Source: an uncultured delta proteobacterium
GTDB taxonomy: Bacteria; Myxococcota_A; Polyangia; Palsa-1104
DNA length: 64,000 nt
NCBI GenBank assembly: GCA_963785725.1
Contig: CAWAWS010000003.1
Coordinates: 32,001 to 96,000, forward strand
Direction: 5' to 3'
Shown here in pieces: positions 54,266 to 64,000 of this stretch. Positions within the stretch are counted from its first letter, which is position 1; every line of letters begins with the position of its first letter. The position numbers and the translations under genes are program-made. The notes under the pieces were generated by a model. It did no database searches. It was not told where the DNA came from and saw only the letters and a program-made list of their open reading frames with translations.

Positions 54266-57200
54266 ATGATGCTTCGGCTTAGAGCAGCAACTTGGATTGG
54301 TTTGACCTCACTCATCGTCTCCTGCGGCGCGCCTTCGAACGACGCCACCGGCTCTCGCGAGGAAGCGGTCATCGGCGGCAGCGGCGCCGTCACCGTCGGC
54401 ACCGCCAACACCATCGTCAACAAGTACTACTACGCCCTCGGCGCCGACGCGCCCGCCGGGGCGGTCACGCTGTCGCTGAGCGGCAGCGCCGGCATCGCGC
54501 CCGGCGACCTCGTCATGATCGTGCAGATGCAAGGCGCCACCATCGACACCACCAACACCGCCGCCTACGGCACCGTCAGCGCGCTCGGCGGCGCCGGCTC
54601 CTACGAGCTCGTCAGCGTCACCAGCGTCAACACCACCGCCAACACCATCACCGTCGACGATTCGTGCGGCGGCTTGAAGCATGCCTACTCCGCCGCTGGC
54701 CAGACGCAGGTCATCTTCGTGCCGCAGTATTCGTCGCTGACGATCAGATACGGGCGCGTCGATCACGGCGCCGGCGTGGAACGGCGCAACCGGCGGCGTC
54801 ATCGCGCTCACGGCGTCGACGACGATCACGCTCAACGGCACGGGCAGCATCAACGCCAACGCGCTCGGCTTCCGCGGCGGCCTCATGGACACCAACGCCA
54901 CGACCGAGGTCGACGTCGGCGGCCACAGCCAATGGGTCGGCACCAACACCGTCCTCGGCGCCGAAAAGGGCGAAGGCATCGCCGGCTTCGGCGCGCAGTT
55001 GGGCAGCGCCGGCTTCCTCGGCCGCGGCGCGCCCGCCAACGGCGGCGGCGGCGGCGACAACCACAACGGCGGCGGCGGCGGCGGCGCCAACGGCGGCGTC
55101 ACGTCCGGCAGCGGCACCTGGACCGGCGTCGGCACGATGAACGGCACCGTCGGCGGCGCCGCAGCGTGGACGCTCGATCCCGACTACATCGCCAACGGCA
55201 ACGCGCTCACGACGTCACCCGGCGGCGGTCGCGGCGGCTACACGTACTCGATGAACAAGAACGTGCCGACGACGACCGCGCCGGGCGCGGCCGCGTGGGC
55301 CGGCGATGATCGCTACGACCACGGCGGGCTCGGTGGCCGGCCGCTCACGTCCGATCCGGCGGGCACGATCTTCCTCGGCGGCGGCGGCGGCGCCGGCGAC
55401 TCCAACAACGGCACCGGCGGCGCGGGCGGCGCCGGCGGCGGCATCATCTTCGTCTTCGCCGGCACCTCGGTCACCGCGACCGGAACGGGCGGCATCAACG
55501 CCAACGGCGCCAACGGCAACAACACGACGCTCACCGGCAACGACGCGCCCGGCGGTGGCGGCGCCGGCGGCTCGATCGTCATCGCCGCGCCCACCATCAG
55601 CGGCATCACCTTCGCGGCCAACGGCGGCTCGGGCGGGTTGCAGAACATCACCGGCCACCAGAACGAAGCCGAAGGCCCGGGCGGCGGCGGCGGCGGCGGC
55701 TTCATCGCGCTCGCCACCGGCACCAATCCGACGACCGTCAACGGCGGCGCCGCCGGCACGACCAACTCGCCCGGCGTCACGCCCTTCGCCGTCAACGGCG
55801 CCACCGACGGCACCGCCGGCAACGTCCGCGTCGCCGCCTTCACCGCGCCGCTCTGTCAGCCGAGCCTCAGCGTCACCATCACCAACACGTCGCCGGCGAT
55901 TCCCGGCGATCCCATCACGTACACGATCACCGTCGTCAACAACAGCGCCACGCCCGGCAACTTGGCCACCAACGTGACCGACACGCTGCCCGCGCTCACC
56001 GGCGTCACCTGGAGCTGCGTGGCGTCGCTCGGCTCATCGTGCACGCCCACGAGCGGCACCGGCGCCATCAGCGACAGCGACTCGATCGCGCAGGGCGGAA
56101 CGATCACCTACACCGTCACCGGCACCATCGCGCCGACGGCGACCAACCCGTTCACGCTGACGGCGACGGCGACCGCGGGCGCGCTCACGTCGACGGCCAC
56201 CGACACCGTGCCGCTGGCGCCGGCGTCCGATCTGTCGGTCGTCGTCACGGCCACGCCCGAGCCCGACGCCGTCAACGACACGCTGACCTACTCCGTCAAC
56301 GTGACCAACTCGGGGCCGTCGAGCGCGCCCAGCGGCAGCGTCGTCATCACGCTCGACCCCAACGAGACCTTGCAGACCGCCACCGGCAGCGGCTGGACCT
56401 GCACCGGCACGACGACGGTCACGTGCACGAATCCCAGCGTCCCCGTCGGCACGTCGACGATCGGCGTGGCCGTGACGCCGACCACCGTCGGCTCGGTCAC
56501 GCTCGGCGCCACCGTCTCGTCGAGCGCCACCGATTCGACGCCCGGCAACAACACGACCACGCACACGACGACGATCGTCCGCTGCCTCGTCAACAGCGAC
56601 TGCCCGACGCCGGCCACCTGCAACACGACGACCGATTCGTGCACGCTGACGCCGCCCGTCATCACCGAGCCCGTCGACAATAGCAAGATCACCGACACCA
56701 CGCCGACCATCAGCGGCACCTGCGCCGCCGGCGCCACCGTCTTCGTCTCCATCGACGGCGGTGCGCCCATCGCCGCCACCGTCGTCGGCACGACGTTCAG
56801 CGTCACCGTCCCGAGCGCGCTCGCCTCCGGCGCGCACACCGCCGTCGCCACCGAGACGCTCGGCGCGGGCGCGACCGCCGTCAGCGCCACCAGCAACACC
56901 GACCACTTCACGATCGTCGCCTGCGTCACCAACGCCGATTGCCCGACCGCCAACGCCGCCTTCTGCTCGGCGCTCAACAGCTGCGTCGGCTGCAACGGCG
57001 ACGCCGGCAGCGGCGCCACCGATGCCTGCCCGACGACCGAGCCCTATTGCGCGCTCACCGGCGCCTGCGGCAAGTGCACCACCGGTCTCGACTGCGTCGG
57101 CCATCCCGGCGGCCTCATCTGCAACACCGGCACCGGCGCCTGCGGCACCGCCTGCGCCGTCGACTCCGATTGCAACGACAACACCAAGTGGTGCAGCGCC

Positions 57201-58658
57201 GGCGTGTGCACGCCCAAAGGCACCAACGGCACGCCTTTGCCGACGGTCAGCCCGATCAACGGCGCGTGCACGACCGCCAATGGCGCGCGCGTCTGCCTCT
57301 CCGGCGTCTGCGACGTGACCAACAACCAATGCGGCCTCACCAACTCCAAGAGCTGCGGCCCACCGACGACGAACGGCGAATGCGACAGCAACATCTGCTA
57401 CGCCAGCGACAACTTGTGCGGCGAGCCCAACGGCCAGGCGTGCCTGGCGGCGACCGTCTGCCGCAGCGGCGTCTGCTTCAGCAGCGACGGCCTGTGTGGC
57501 GAGCCCAACGGCCAGCCGTGCGCGACCAACGACGTCTGCCGCACGCTCTGCCTCGGCGCCGACGAGACCTGCGGCCTCTTGAACGGCTCGCCTTGCACCA
57601 GCGCCGGCAACTGCCGCAGCAACGTCTGCAACGCCGACGGCCACTGCGGCGATCCCGCCGGCACCGTCTGCACGACGGCGACGACCTGCCGCTCGGCCGT
57701 CTGCCACCTCGGCGCCTGCGTCGGCAGCTGCACGACCGACACCGACTGCGCCGCCGCCGATTGGTGCGACGCCAGCGCCGGCGACTGCACGCCCGATCTG
57801 CCCAACGGCCAGTCGTGCACGCGCGCCGCGCAGTGCCTGAGCAACGTCTGCAACGCCGACGGCAAGTGCGGCGATCCCGATGGCACCATCTGCGTCACCG
57901 CGACGACGTGCCGCTCGGGCGCCTGCAACTTGCTCGTGTGTGGCAGCGCCTGCACCAGCGACGCGCAATGCGCCACCGGCGACTACTGCGACACGACGTG
58001 CAAACCCACCGTCGCCAACGGCGTCGCTTGCGCCCGCGCCGCGATGTGCACCAGCAACGTCTGCAACAGCGACGGCAAGTGCGGCAATCCCAACGGCCAG
58101 CCGTGCACCGGCGCCGACGTCTGCCGCGGCGGCGCCTGCGACGCCACCGGCACCTGCGGCAGCGGCTGCACGACCGACGTGCAGTGCGGCGTCGCCAGCT
58201 ACTGCGACCTCACGGCCAAGATCTGCAAGCCCGGGCTCGTCAACAGCGTCGGCTGCGTACGTGGCGCGCAGTGCTTGTCCGGCGTCTGCGACACCGACGG
58301 CAAGTGCGGCGAGCCCGACGGTGAGCCGTGCGGCTCGGCGCTCTTGTGCCGCTCGGCCATGTGCGCGACGACCGGCGTCTGCTCGGGCGTCATCATTCCG
58401 CTCGACATGACCGTCGTCGCCGGCGACGGCGGCGCGCCCGACATGAGCGTCGCCGACCTCGGCGGCAACGACAACGGCGACATGGGCAACGGCCGCGGCG
58501 CCGACATGAGCGCGTCGGGCAGCCGACCCGCATTCTCCGGCGGCGGCTTCTGCGCGCTCGCCCCACCCGATCCAAAGTCCGGAGGCTGGCTTGGCCTGCT
58601 CCTCGTCGTCGCGCTCGTGTCGCTCGTTGCCCGCCGTCGCCAGAAGGAGATCGGTTAG
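54266..58658 (+). CDS. Giant surface lipoprotein: Gly-rich head, two DUF11-like, Ig-like, Cys-rich repeats, MYXO-CTERM (frameshift near 54748)
   Basis: Lipobox IVSC; PGDPITYTITVVN and LTYSVNVTNSGPS (DUF11-like); DTTPTISGT (Ig-like); many Cys repeats; GGGFC..GWLGLLLVVALVSLVARRR. Confidence 0.85.
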
Positions 58659-60473
58659 GTGACTCGCCTTCAGCGTCGTACCCACGCCGCACTCGCCTTC
58701 GCCTTCGCCTTGGTCGTCTCGAGCAGCAGCGCGCAGGCGCAGAACAAAGGCTTCACCGTCGAGCGCTACGAGCCGACCGCCGCCGGCTCGTGGACCTTCA
58801 GCGTCGACCACCCCTGGTACACGAACACCAAGTTCTTCTTCGCCGGCGGCTTGACGCTCGATTACGCCCACGATCCGCTGGTCTTCGGCACCGCCAACGG
58901 CAACAACTTCACGCAGCGCGAAGCGGTCATCGAGCACGACCTCATCGGCCACGTCGACTTGGCGGCGTCGTTCTTGGACCGCGTGCTCATCGCCTTCAGC
59001 TTGCCGGTGACGCTGCTCGAGCGCGGCCACAGCGTCGACGGCGTCGCGCCGCTGTCGGGCGCCGCCGCCGGCAATCCGCGCATCGGCGCCATGGTGCGCC
59101 TGTTCGGCCAGCCCTTGCGCGACGCCTTCTCGCTCCATCTCGGCATCGACTTCTGGATCCCGATCTCGGCCAACGACAACCACGCCGGCGACTCCACGGT
59201 GCGCGTCGAGCCCAAGCTCGTCTTGGCCGGCCTGTCGCACTGGCTCTTGTGGTCGTTCAGCGGCGCCTACCAATATCGCCCCGACGCCACCATCGGCAAC
59301 CTGCCCGAGTCGGGCGGCAACAGCGTCGGCCAGGAGCTGAAGTTCGGCCTCGCGCTCGCCTACGCCGACATCGAGCGCCGCTTCTCGATCGGCCCCGAGG
59401 CCACCGTCGGCACCGTCATCAAGCACGCCTTCACCAAGGACTACACGGCGAGCGAGATCTTGCTCGGCGTCCGCTACAACATCGCCCGCCAAGTCGAGCT
59501 CGGCGTCGCCGGCGGCATCGGCATCGGCGACGAGCCCGGCTCGCCCGACGGCCGCGTGCTCGTGCGCTTGGCCTACGCGCCCTATCGCGGCGGCCAGCCC
59601 GCGCCCAAGCCGCAGCCGTATGTCGCGCCGCCGCCGCCGCCGCCGCCGCCCGATCGCGACCACGACGGCGTGCCCGACGACGACGACCTCTGCCCCGACG
59701 AGCCCAAGGGCGACCACCCCGATCCGGCCAAGCGCGGCTGCCCGCTCAAGGACACCGACGCCGACGGCATCTACGATCCCGACGATCTGTGCCCGGAAGT
59801 GCCGATGGGGCCGCATCCCGACAAGTCGAAGCTCGGCTGCCCCGATCGCGACACCGACGGCGACGGCGTGTTCGACTCGGTCGATCAATGCAAAGAGGTC
59901 GCGTCCGGCCTGCATCCCGATCCGGCGCATCTCGGCTGCCCGCTGCCCGATCGCGACCAAGATCAGATCCCCGACGACGATGACGCCTGCCCCGACAAGC
60001 CGGGCGCGCCCAACCCTGATCCGAAGAAGAACGGCTGCCCCGGCCTGGTGAAGATCGAAGGCGGGCAGATCGTCATCATGCAGCCGGTCTATTTCGCAAC
60101 CAACAAGGACGTCATCCTGCAGAAGAGCTTCCCGGTGCTGCAGGCGGTGGCGGACGCGCTCTTGGCGACGCCGGGCATCAAGCACGTGGCCATCGAAGGG
60201 CACACCGACGATCGCGGCAAGCCCGAGCACAACATGGAGCTGTCCGACCGTCGCGCCCGGAGCGTCATGACGTTCCTCGTCGAGCACAAGATCGACGCCG
60301 ACCGGCTCGTCGCGCAGGGCTTCGGGCAGACGCGGCCGATCTCGAGCAACAAGACGACGGCCGGTCGCGCCACCAACCGCCGCGTCGAGTTCCACATCCT
60401 CGACGGCAGCGGCACGTCGAGCGACGCGCCGCCGAGCGACGTCACGCCGCCGCCCGCGTCACCCACGCCGTAG
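58659..60473 (+). CDS. TraB-like outer membrane protein: beta-barrel, TSP3 repeats, OmpA domain
   Basis: Signal peptide; DRDHDGVPDDDDLCP-type repeats; IEGHTDDRG..NMELSDRRA..NRRVEF; abuts the upstream gene. Confidence 0.9.
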   Translation: MTRLQRRTHAALAFAFALVVSSSSAQAQNKGFTVERYEPTAAGSWTFSVDHPWYTNTKFFFAGGLTLDYAHDPLVFGTANGNNFTQREAVIEHDLIGHVDLAASFLDRVLIAFSLPVTLLERGHSVDGVAPLSGAAAGNPRIGAMVRLFGQPLRDAFSLHLGIDFWIPISANDNHAGDSTVRVEPKLVLAGLSHWLLWSFSGAYQYRPDATIGNLPESGGNSVGQELKFGLALAYADIERRFSIGPEATVGTVIKHAFTKDYTASEILLGVRYNIARQVELGVAGGIGIGDEPGSPDGRVLVRLAYAPYRGGQPAPKPQPYVAPPPPPPPPDRDHDGVPDDDDLCPDEPKGDHPDPAKRGCPLKDTDADGIYDPDDLCPEVPMGPHPDKSKLGCPDRDTDGDGVFDSVDQCKEVASGLHPDPAHLGCPLPDRDQDQIPDDDDACPDKPGAPNPDPKKNGCPGLVKIEGGQIVIMQPVYFATNKDVILQKSFPVLQAVADALLATPGIKHVAIEGHTDDRGKPEHNMELSDRRARSVMTFLVEHKIDADRLVAQGFGQTRPISSNKTTAGRATNRRVEFHILDGSGTSSDAPPSDVTPPPASPTP

Positions 60474-60556
60474 ACCTCGCCACAGCAATTTCGACGCCGC
60501 TCGACGAGCTGCGTCTGCGAACGGAGTCACGCCGACTGGCGCTGGCTCTGGCGCGG

Positions 60557-60982
60557 CTACCGCGCGGATCGTGACGCCATCACCTGCTCGATGGCATCGA
60601 TGATGTTGGCGACGTTGATCGTGAAGACGCCACCGTGCGCTGCCTTCCACTCGTCATAGCCCGCGGCAAAGTCGGGGATCGCCACCTTCTCGGCCACGAG
60701 GCGCGTCACGCTCCCGTCGAGTGCCTTGGCGGAGATGGGTGAGTGCGGCAGCTTCGTCTGCACGCCGGTCGGCGTCTTGAGCTTCACGCCGTCGATCGCG
60801 ATGTGGACGATCTCGCCGAGCTTCGGGTCGTGCTCGACTTTGAGGATCGTCAACGTCGACCCTTCTTCGCCGTGACGGGTCTGATAGGCCCACTTCTGGC
60901 CGGGGTGGTAGCGTGACTCCGCCTCCGCGACGCCCGCAGCACCGAAAAGCGCCAGCAACACAGCGACAATCTTGAGTGCCAT
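60557..60982 (-). CDS. Secreted hypothetical protein
   Basis: Signal peptide; GQKWAYQTR, IVHI, HSPIS, GYDEWK..GGVFT. Confidence 0.75.
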   Translation of the reverse strand: MALKIVAVLLALFGAAGVAEAESRYHPGQKWAYQTRHGEEGSTLTILKVEHDPKLGEIVHIAIDGVKLKTPTGVQTKLPHSPISAKALDGSVTRLVAEKVAIPDFAAGYDEWKAAHGGVFTINVANIIDAIEQVMASRSAR

Positions 60983-61180
60983 CGCCGGACGATAGCGCAG
61001 CATGGACGCCGCCTCCAACTCGCGCGCATAGCACGCGGGCGTTCAGCGAACAGCGTCGATCGTCGTTCGTGATCGCGGTCATTAGCGACGAGCGTGGCGC
61101 GTGGCATCATCCGTCGAAACGTTCGAGCTTCGCGGTCCGGGGATTGCGCCGGGTTCGCTTCGCCGATTGAGAGAGACGAA

Positions 61181-62920
61181 ATGCGCATCACTCCTTTGTT
61201 GCTCTCAGTCGCGCTTGCCGTCGGATGCGGCAATGGCGCGCACATGGGAACCGGCACCGGCGGCGCGGACCTTTCGCCCGGCGCGGACCTTTCGCCCGGC
61301 GCGGACCTCGGCCCTGCTGACGGATTGACGGTCAGCATCGTGTCGCCGCACGACACCACGTACACGAACGGAACCATCACGGTTCAAGTCGCCGTCGCCG
61401 GCGCCGCCGCCGATCGTCTCGATCTGGTCGCCGACGGCTCGCTGCTGGCCACGCTGCCGCTTCCCTATCAGTACGCGTGGGACACGACAGGCATGCCCGA
61501 GGCCAGCTACACGCTCGTCGCCCGCGCCACCCGCGCCGGCACCAGCTACGACAGCGCGCCGGTCACCGTCGTCGTCGATCGCACGGCGCCGACCGTCGTC
61601 ACGCGCTTCCCCGCGCCGGCCACCCTCGGCGTCGACGAGACCAAACCCTTCTGGGTGCAATTCTCCGAGGCCATGGACGGCGCCACGCTGACCGACTCGA
61701 CCGTCACGCTGACCGACGGCATCATGAACCTCGACAAGACCCTGGCGCTGTCGAGCGACGGCACGACGCTGACCTTGAGCAATCCGGTGCTGGCGCAGGC
61801 CGATGACGAGCTGACCGTCACCTTGAGCCCGACGATCAGCGATCGCGCCGGCAATCTCTTGGTCGTGCCCAAGGACGATTGGTGGTTCGAGGTGCCGGAT
61901 TGGCTCGCGCTCGGTGGCCTGCTGCCGGTCGCTGACGCCACCGCCTCGGGTGAAAGCTCGCAGCTGGTTATCGACGGCAGCGGCCGTCCGGTGATCGCCT
62001 ATCTCGAGGTGCCGACCAGCAATGGCAGCACACTGCACGTCCGCCGCTTCAATGGGACCAGCTGGGATCCGCTCGGCGGCACCAGCGATGTCGTCGGTCC
62101 GGCGCAGAACGCCGGCGCCTTTGCGCTCGCCGTCGACGCGCAGGGTAATCCGGCGGTGGCGCTGTCGTGGTCGTCGGCCGTCGAACTCTACCGTTGGGAC
62201 GGCACGAGCTGGCAGGGTGCCATCGTCTCGACCGTCGGTGGAACCGCCGACGCGTTGTCGCTGGCGTTCGACAGTGCCGGCGATCCCACCGTGGCGGCGC
62301 AATGGGGCTCCGGGCCGAGCATCGACATCGAGCAATGGGTCAACGGTCAATGGCAGCCGCTCGCCACTCCCTTGGGCGCCGTGGGTAATGTCAGCCCGTC
62401 GATTGCCTTCGATTCACAAGGGCAGCTGTGGCTGGCCTCCGTGCAGAACGGCGGTGTACCGTGGCTCGACTCCTATTCCGGCACCGCCTGGACGACCGGC
62501 GCCCTCGGCCTGTCGAGCGGTGTCACCGGGACCACGTTGGCGCTTGGCAGGGGCGCCGGTCAGGGGCCGTACGTCGGCACCACGTCGCTGCAGTTCGTGT
62601 CGCCCAATCTGGTCTCCATGTTCCAGGTCTGGACGCCGAGCGGCGCAATTAGCGACAGCGTGCAGACGACCGCACCGGGGGCGATGGCGGTCGGGCCCGC
62701 GGGGCAGCTCGTCCAGGCGTGGCCCTCCAACACGACCAACGGCGTCGTCACCACCGTCGAGAGCTATGATGCCACGACGAGCAAATGGAGCACGCTGGCC
62801 CCGGTGGCGCTGTCTTCCGGTCTCGCAATATCGGTGTTGAGCTCGGGCAAAACAGTGGTCGCGGGGTCGTCGCTCATCGGCCAGCGTCAGGACGTCTTCG
62901 CCTACATCTTCAACCACTGA
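61181..62920 (+). CDS. Lipoprotein with Ig-like domains and a beta-propeller-like C-terminus
   Basis: Lipobox AVGC; PYQYAWDT, DRTAPTVV..FSEAMD..ISDRAGN; repeated D..G.P.VA and W.G..W blades. Confidence 0.8.
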   Translation: MRITPLLLSVALAVGCGNGAHMGTGTGGADLSPGADLSPGADLGPADGLTVSIVSPHDTTYTNGTITVQVAVAGAAADRLDLVADGSLLATLPLPYQYAWDTTGMPEASYTLVARATRAGTSYDSAPVTVVVDRTAPTVVTRFPAPATLGVDETKPFWVQFSEAMDGATLTDSTVTLTDGIMNLDKTLALSSDGTTLTLSNPVLAQADDELTVTLSPTISDRAGNLLVVPKDDWWFEVPDWLALGGLLPVADATASGESSQLVIDGSGRPVIAYLEVPTSNGSTLHVRRFNGTSWDPLGGTSDVVGPAQNAGAFALAVDAQGNPAVALSWSSAVELYRWDGTSWQGAIVSTVGGTADALSLAFDSAGDPTVAAQWGSGPSIDIEQWVNGQWQPLATPLGAVGNVSPSIAFDSQGQLWLASVQNGGVPWLDSYSGTAWTTGALGLSSGVTGTTLALGRGAGQGPYVGTTSLQFVSPNLVSMFQVWTPSGAISDSVQTTAPGAMAVGPAGQLVQAWPSNTTNGVVTTVESYDATTSKWSTLAPVALSSGLAISVLSSGKTVVAGSSLIGQRQDVFAYIFNH

Positions 62921-63227
62921 CGGTGGCGCGGCCGCCCGCCGCCGGCGGTCACGCGCTGGAACGAGAGGCGCGGCCGGGTCGCCAGCGGCGGCTACGTAGG
63001 CGTTCGGCGACACGCGCACACTCGCGCGAGTCCCAGTCGCGGAAAACGAGAACGCCTCGCACGCCTGTTACGTCGGATTGGCGCGCTCCGCGTACGCAAT
63101 TTCGGCCGGTTGGGCTGCGATTTCCCCTCAAGTCTCGCCCGCCATGGCCGATGGATGTCGAGGAGAGCCCACACCGCCGGTGACGCGCAGGCGCACCCAC
63201 CTGTCGGTCACGGCGACACGGAGACCC

Positions 63228-64000
63228 ATGGCCAATTTGCTGCTGCACAGCCTGAACGAATTTCACGAGATCATCTTCGGGCTCCTCGATCGGCTGCAGC
63301 CGAAGTCGGTGCTCGAGATCGGCTCGGAGACGGGCCGGTTCACCGAGGAGCTGATCGCGCGCTGCACGCGTCCCGGCCACGAGCTGATCACGATCGAGCC
63401 GTTTCCGGCCGCGCCGCTGCTCGACGCGGCGCGCGACAGCGACTCGTTTCACCTCGTTCCGAGCACCAGCCTCGCGTATCTGACGACGCGCGCCTGCCAC
63501 TCCGATTTCCTGCTCATCGACGGCGATCACAACTACTTCACGGTCTACAACGAGCTGCGCCTGGCGGCCGCCGGCTGGCAAGACGCCGGCATCGAAGACG
63601 GCGTCATGCTCCTGCACGACGTCGCCTTTCCCTGTGGCCGCCGCGACTTCTATTACAACCCGGCGCAAATTCCCGCGCCCTTCTTGCATCCGCATAGCTT
63701 CGAATTGGGCGTGACGATGGACAAGAAGATGGCGATTCGCGGCGGCTTTCGCGGCGAAGGCGCGTTCGCGGTGGCGCTTCACGAAGGCGGCCCGCGCAAC
63801 GGCGTGCTCACCGCCGTCGAGGATTTCTGCCAGGAGCAGCCGCGCTTCGTCTATCGCTCGGTCGACTGCGTCTTCGGCTTGGGCGCGCTGACCCTCGCCG
63901 GCACGCGCGCCGACGCCGCCGTCGCCGCCGCGTTCGCGCCCTATGACAACGCGCTCATTCGTCGGCTCGAGCGCAATCGCATGGAGCTGTATTTGAAGGT
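63228..64000 (+). CDS. Class I SAM methyltransferase (Methyltransf_24-like), truncated by the window end
   Basis: Manual translation: VLEIGSETG, LIDGDHNY, MLLHD; not in the ORF track. Confidence 0.8.
   Translation, partial: MANLLLHSLNEFHEIIFGLLDRLQPKSVLEIGSETGRFTEELIARCTRPGHELITIEPFPAAPLLDAARDSDSFHLVPSTSLAYLTTRACHSDFLLIDGDHNYFTVYNELRLAAAGWQDAGIEDGVMLLHDVAFPCGRRDFYYNPAQIPAPFLHPHSFELGVTMDKKMAIRGGFRGEGAFAVALHEGGPRNGVLTAVEDFCQEQPRFVYRSVDCVFGLGALTLAGTRADAAVAAAFAPYDNALIRRLERNRMELYLK

Overview
High-GC bacterial window, most likely Myxococcota/Polyangia-like. This is inferred from a MYXO-CTERM-type C-terminus, a TraB-like OmpA protein, a Che7-like operon and many Gly-rich lipoproteins. Many long genes are split by 1-nt frameshifts, probably long-read indel errors. 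Main contents in order: (1) a partial ricin-lectin lipoprotein, a GlxA/AdpA-type AraC regulator and a GH18 chitinase; (2) an ACP-less ketosynthase operon (FabF-like, fused CoA-transferase, two FabH-like, SDR, CMD-like, FabI) running directly into a Sia/Rsb-like partner-switch module (membrane PP2C, two STAS-like proteins, two GHKL kinases); (3) bolA, a grxD fusion, an MFS transporter and a hybrid kinase; (4) a Che7-like chemosensory operon followed by kaiC-kaiB-kaiB-PAS kinase; (5) GH13, intradiol dioxygenase-like, TetR/tautomerase, RND tripartite pump, PL7 lyase and a CYP117-like P450; (6) a TraA/AgmC-like giant surface protein with a TraB-like partner. Non-coding features include four copies of an undescribed palindromic element that sits in-frame at gene ends and shows compensatory stem changes (one copy links the two CoA-transferase subunits), a TA-flanked 157-bp MITE, a tRNA-like T-arm/CCA remnant before kaiC, and several operator-like palindromes. 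All family calls are from motif recognition by eye; no searches were run.
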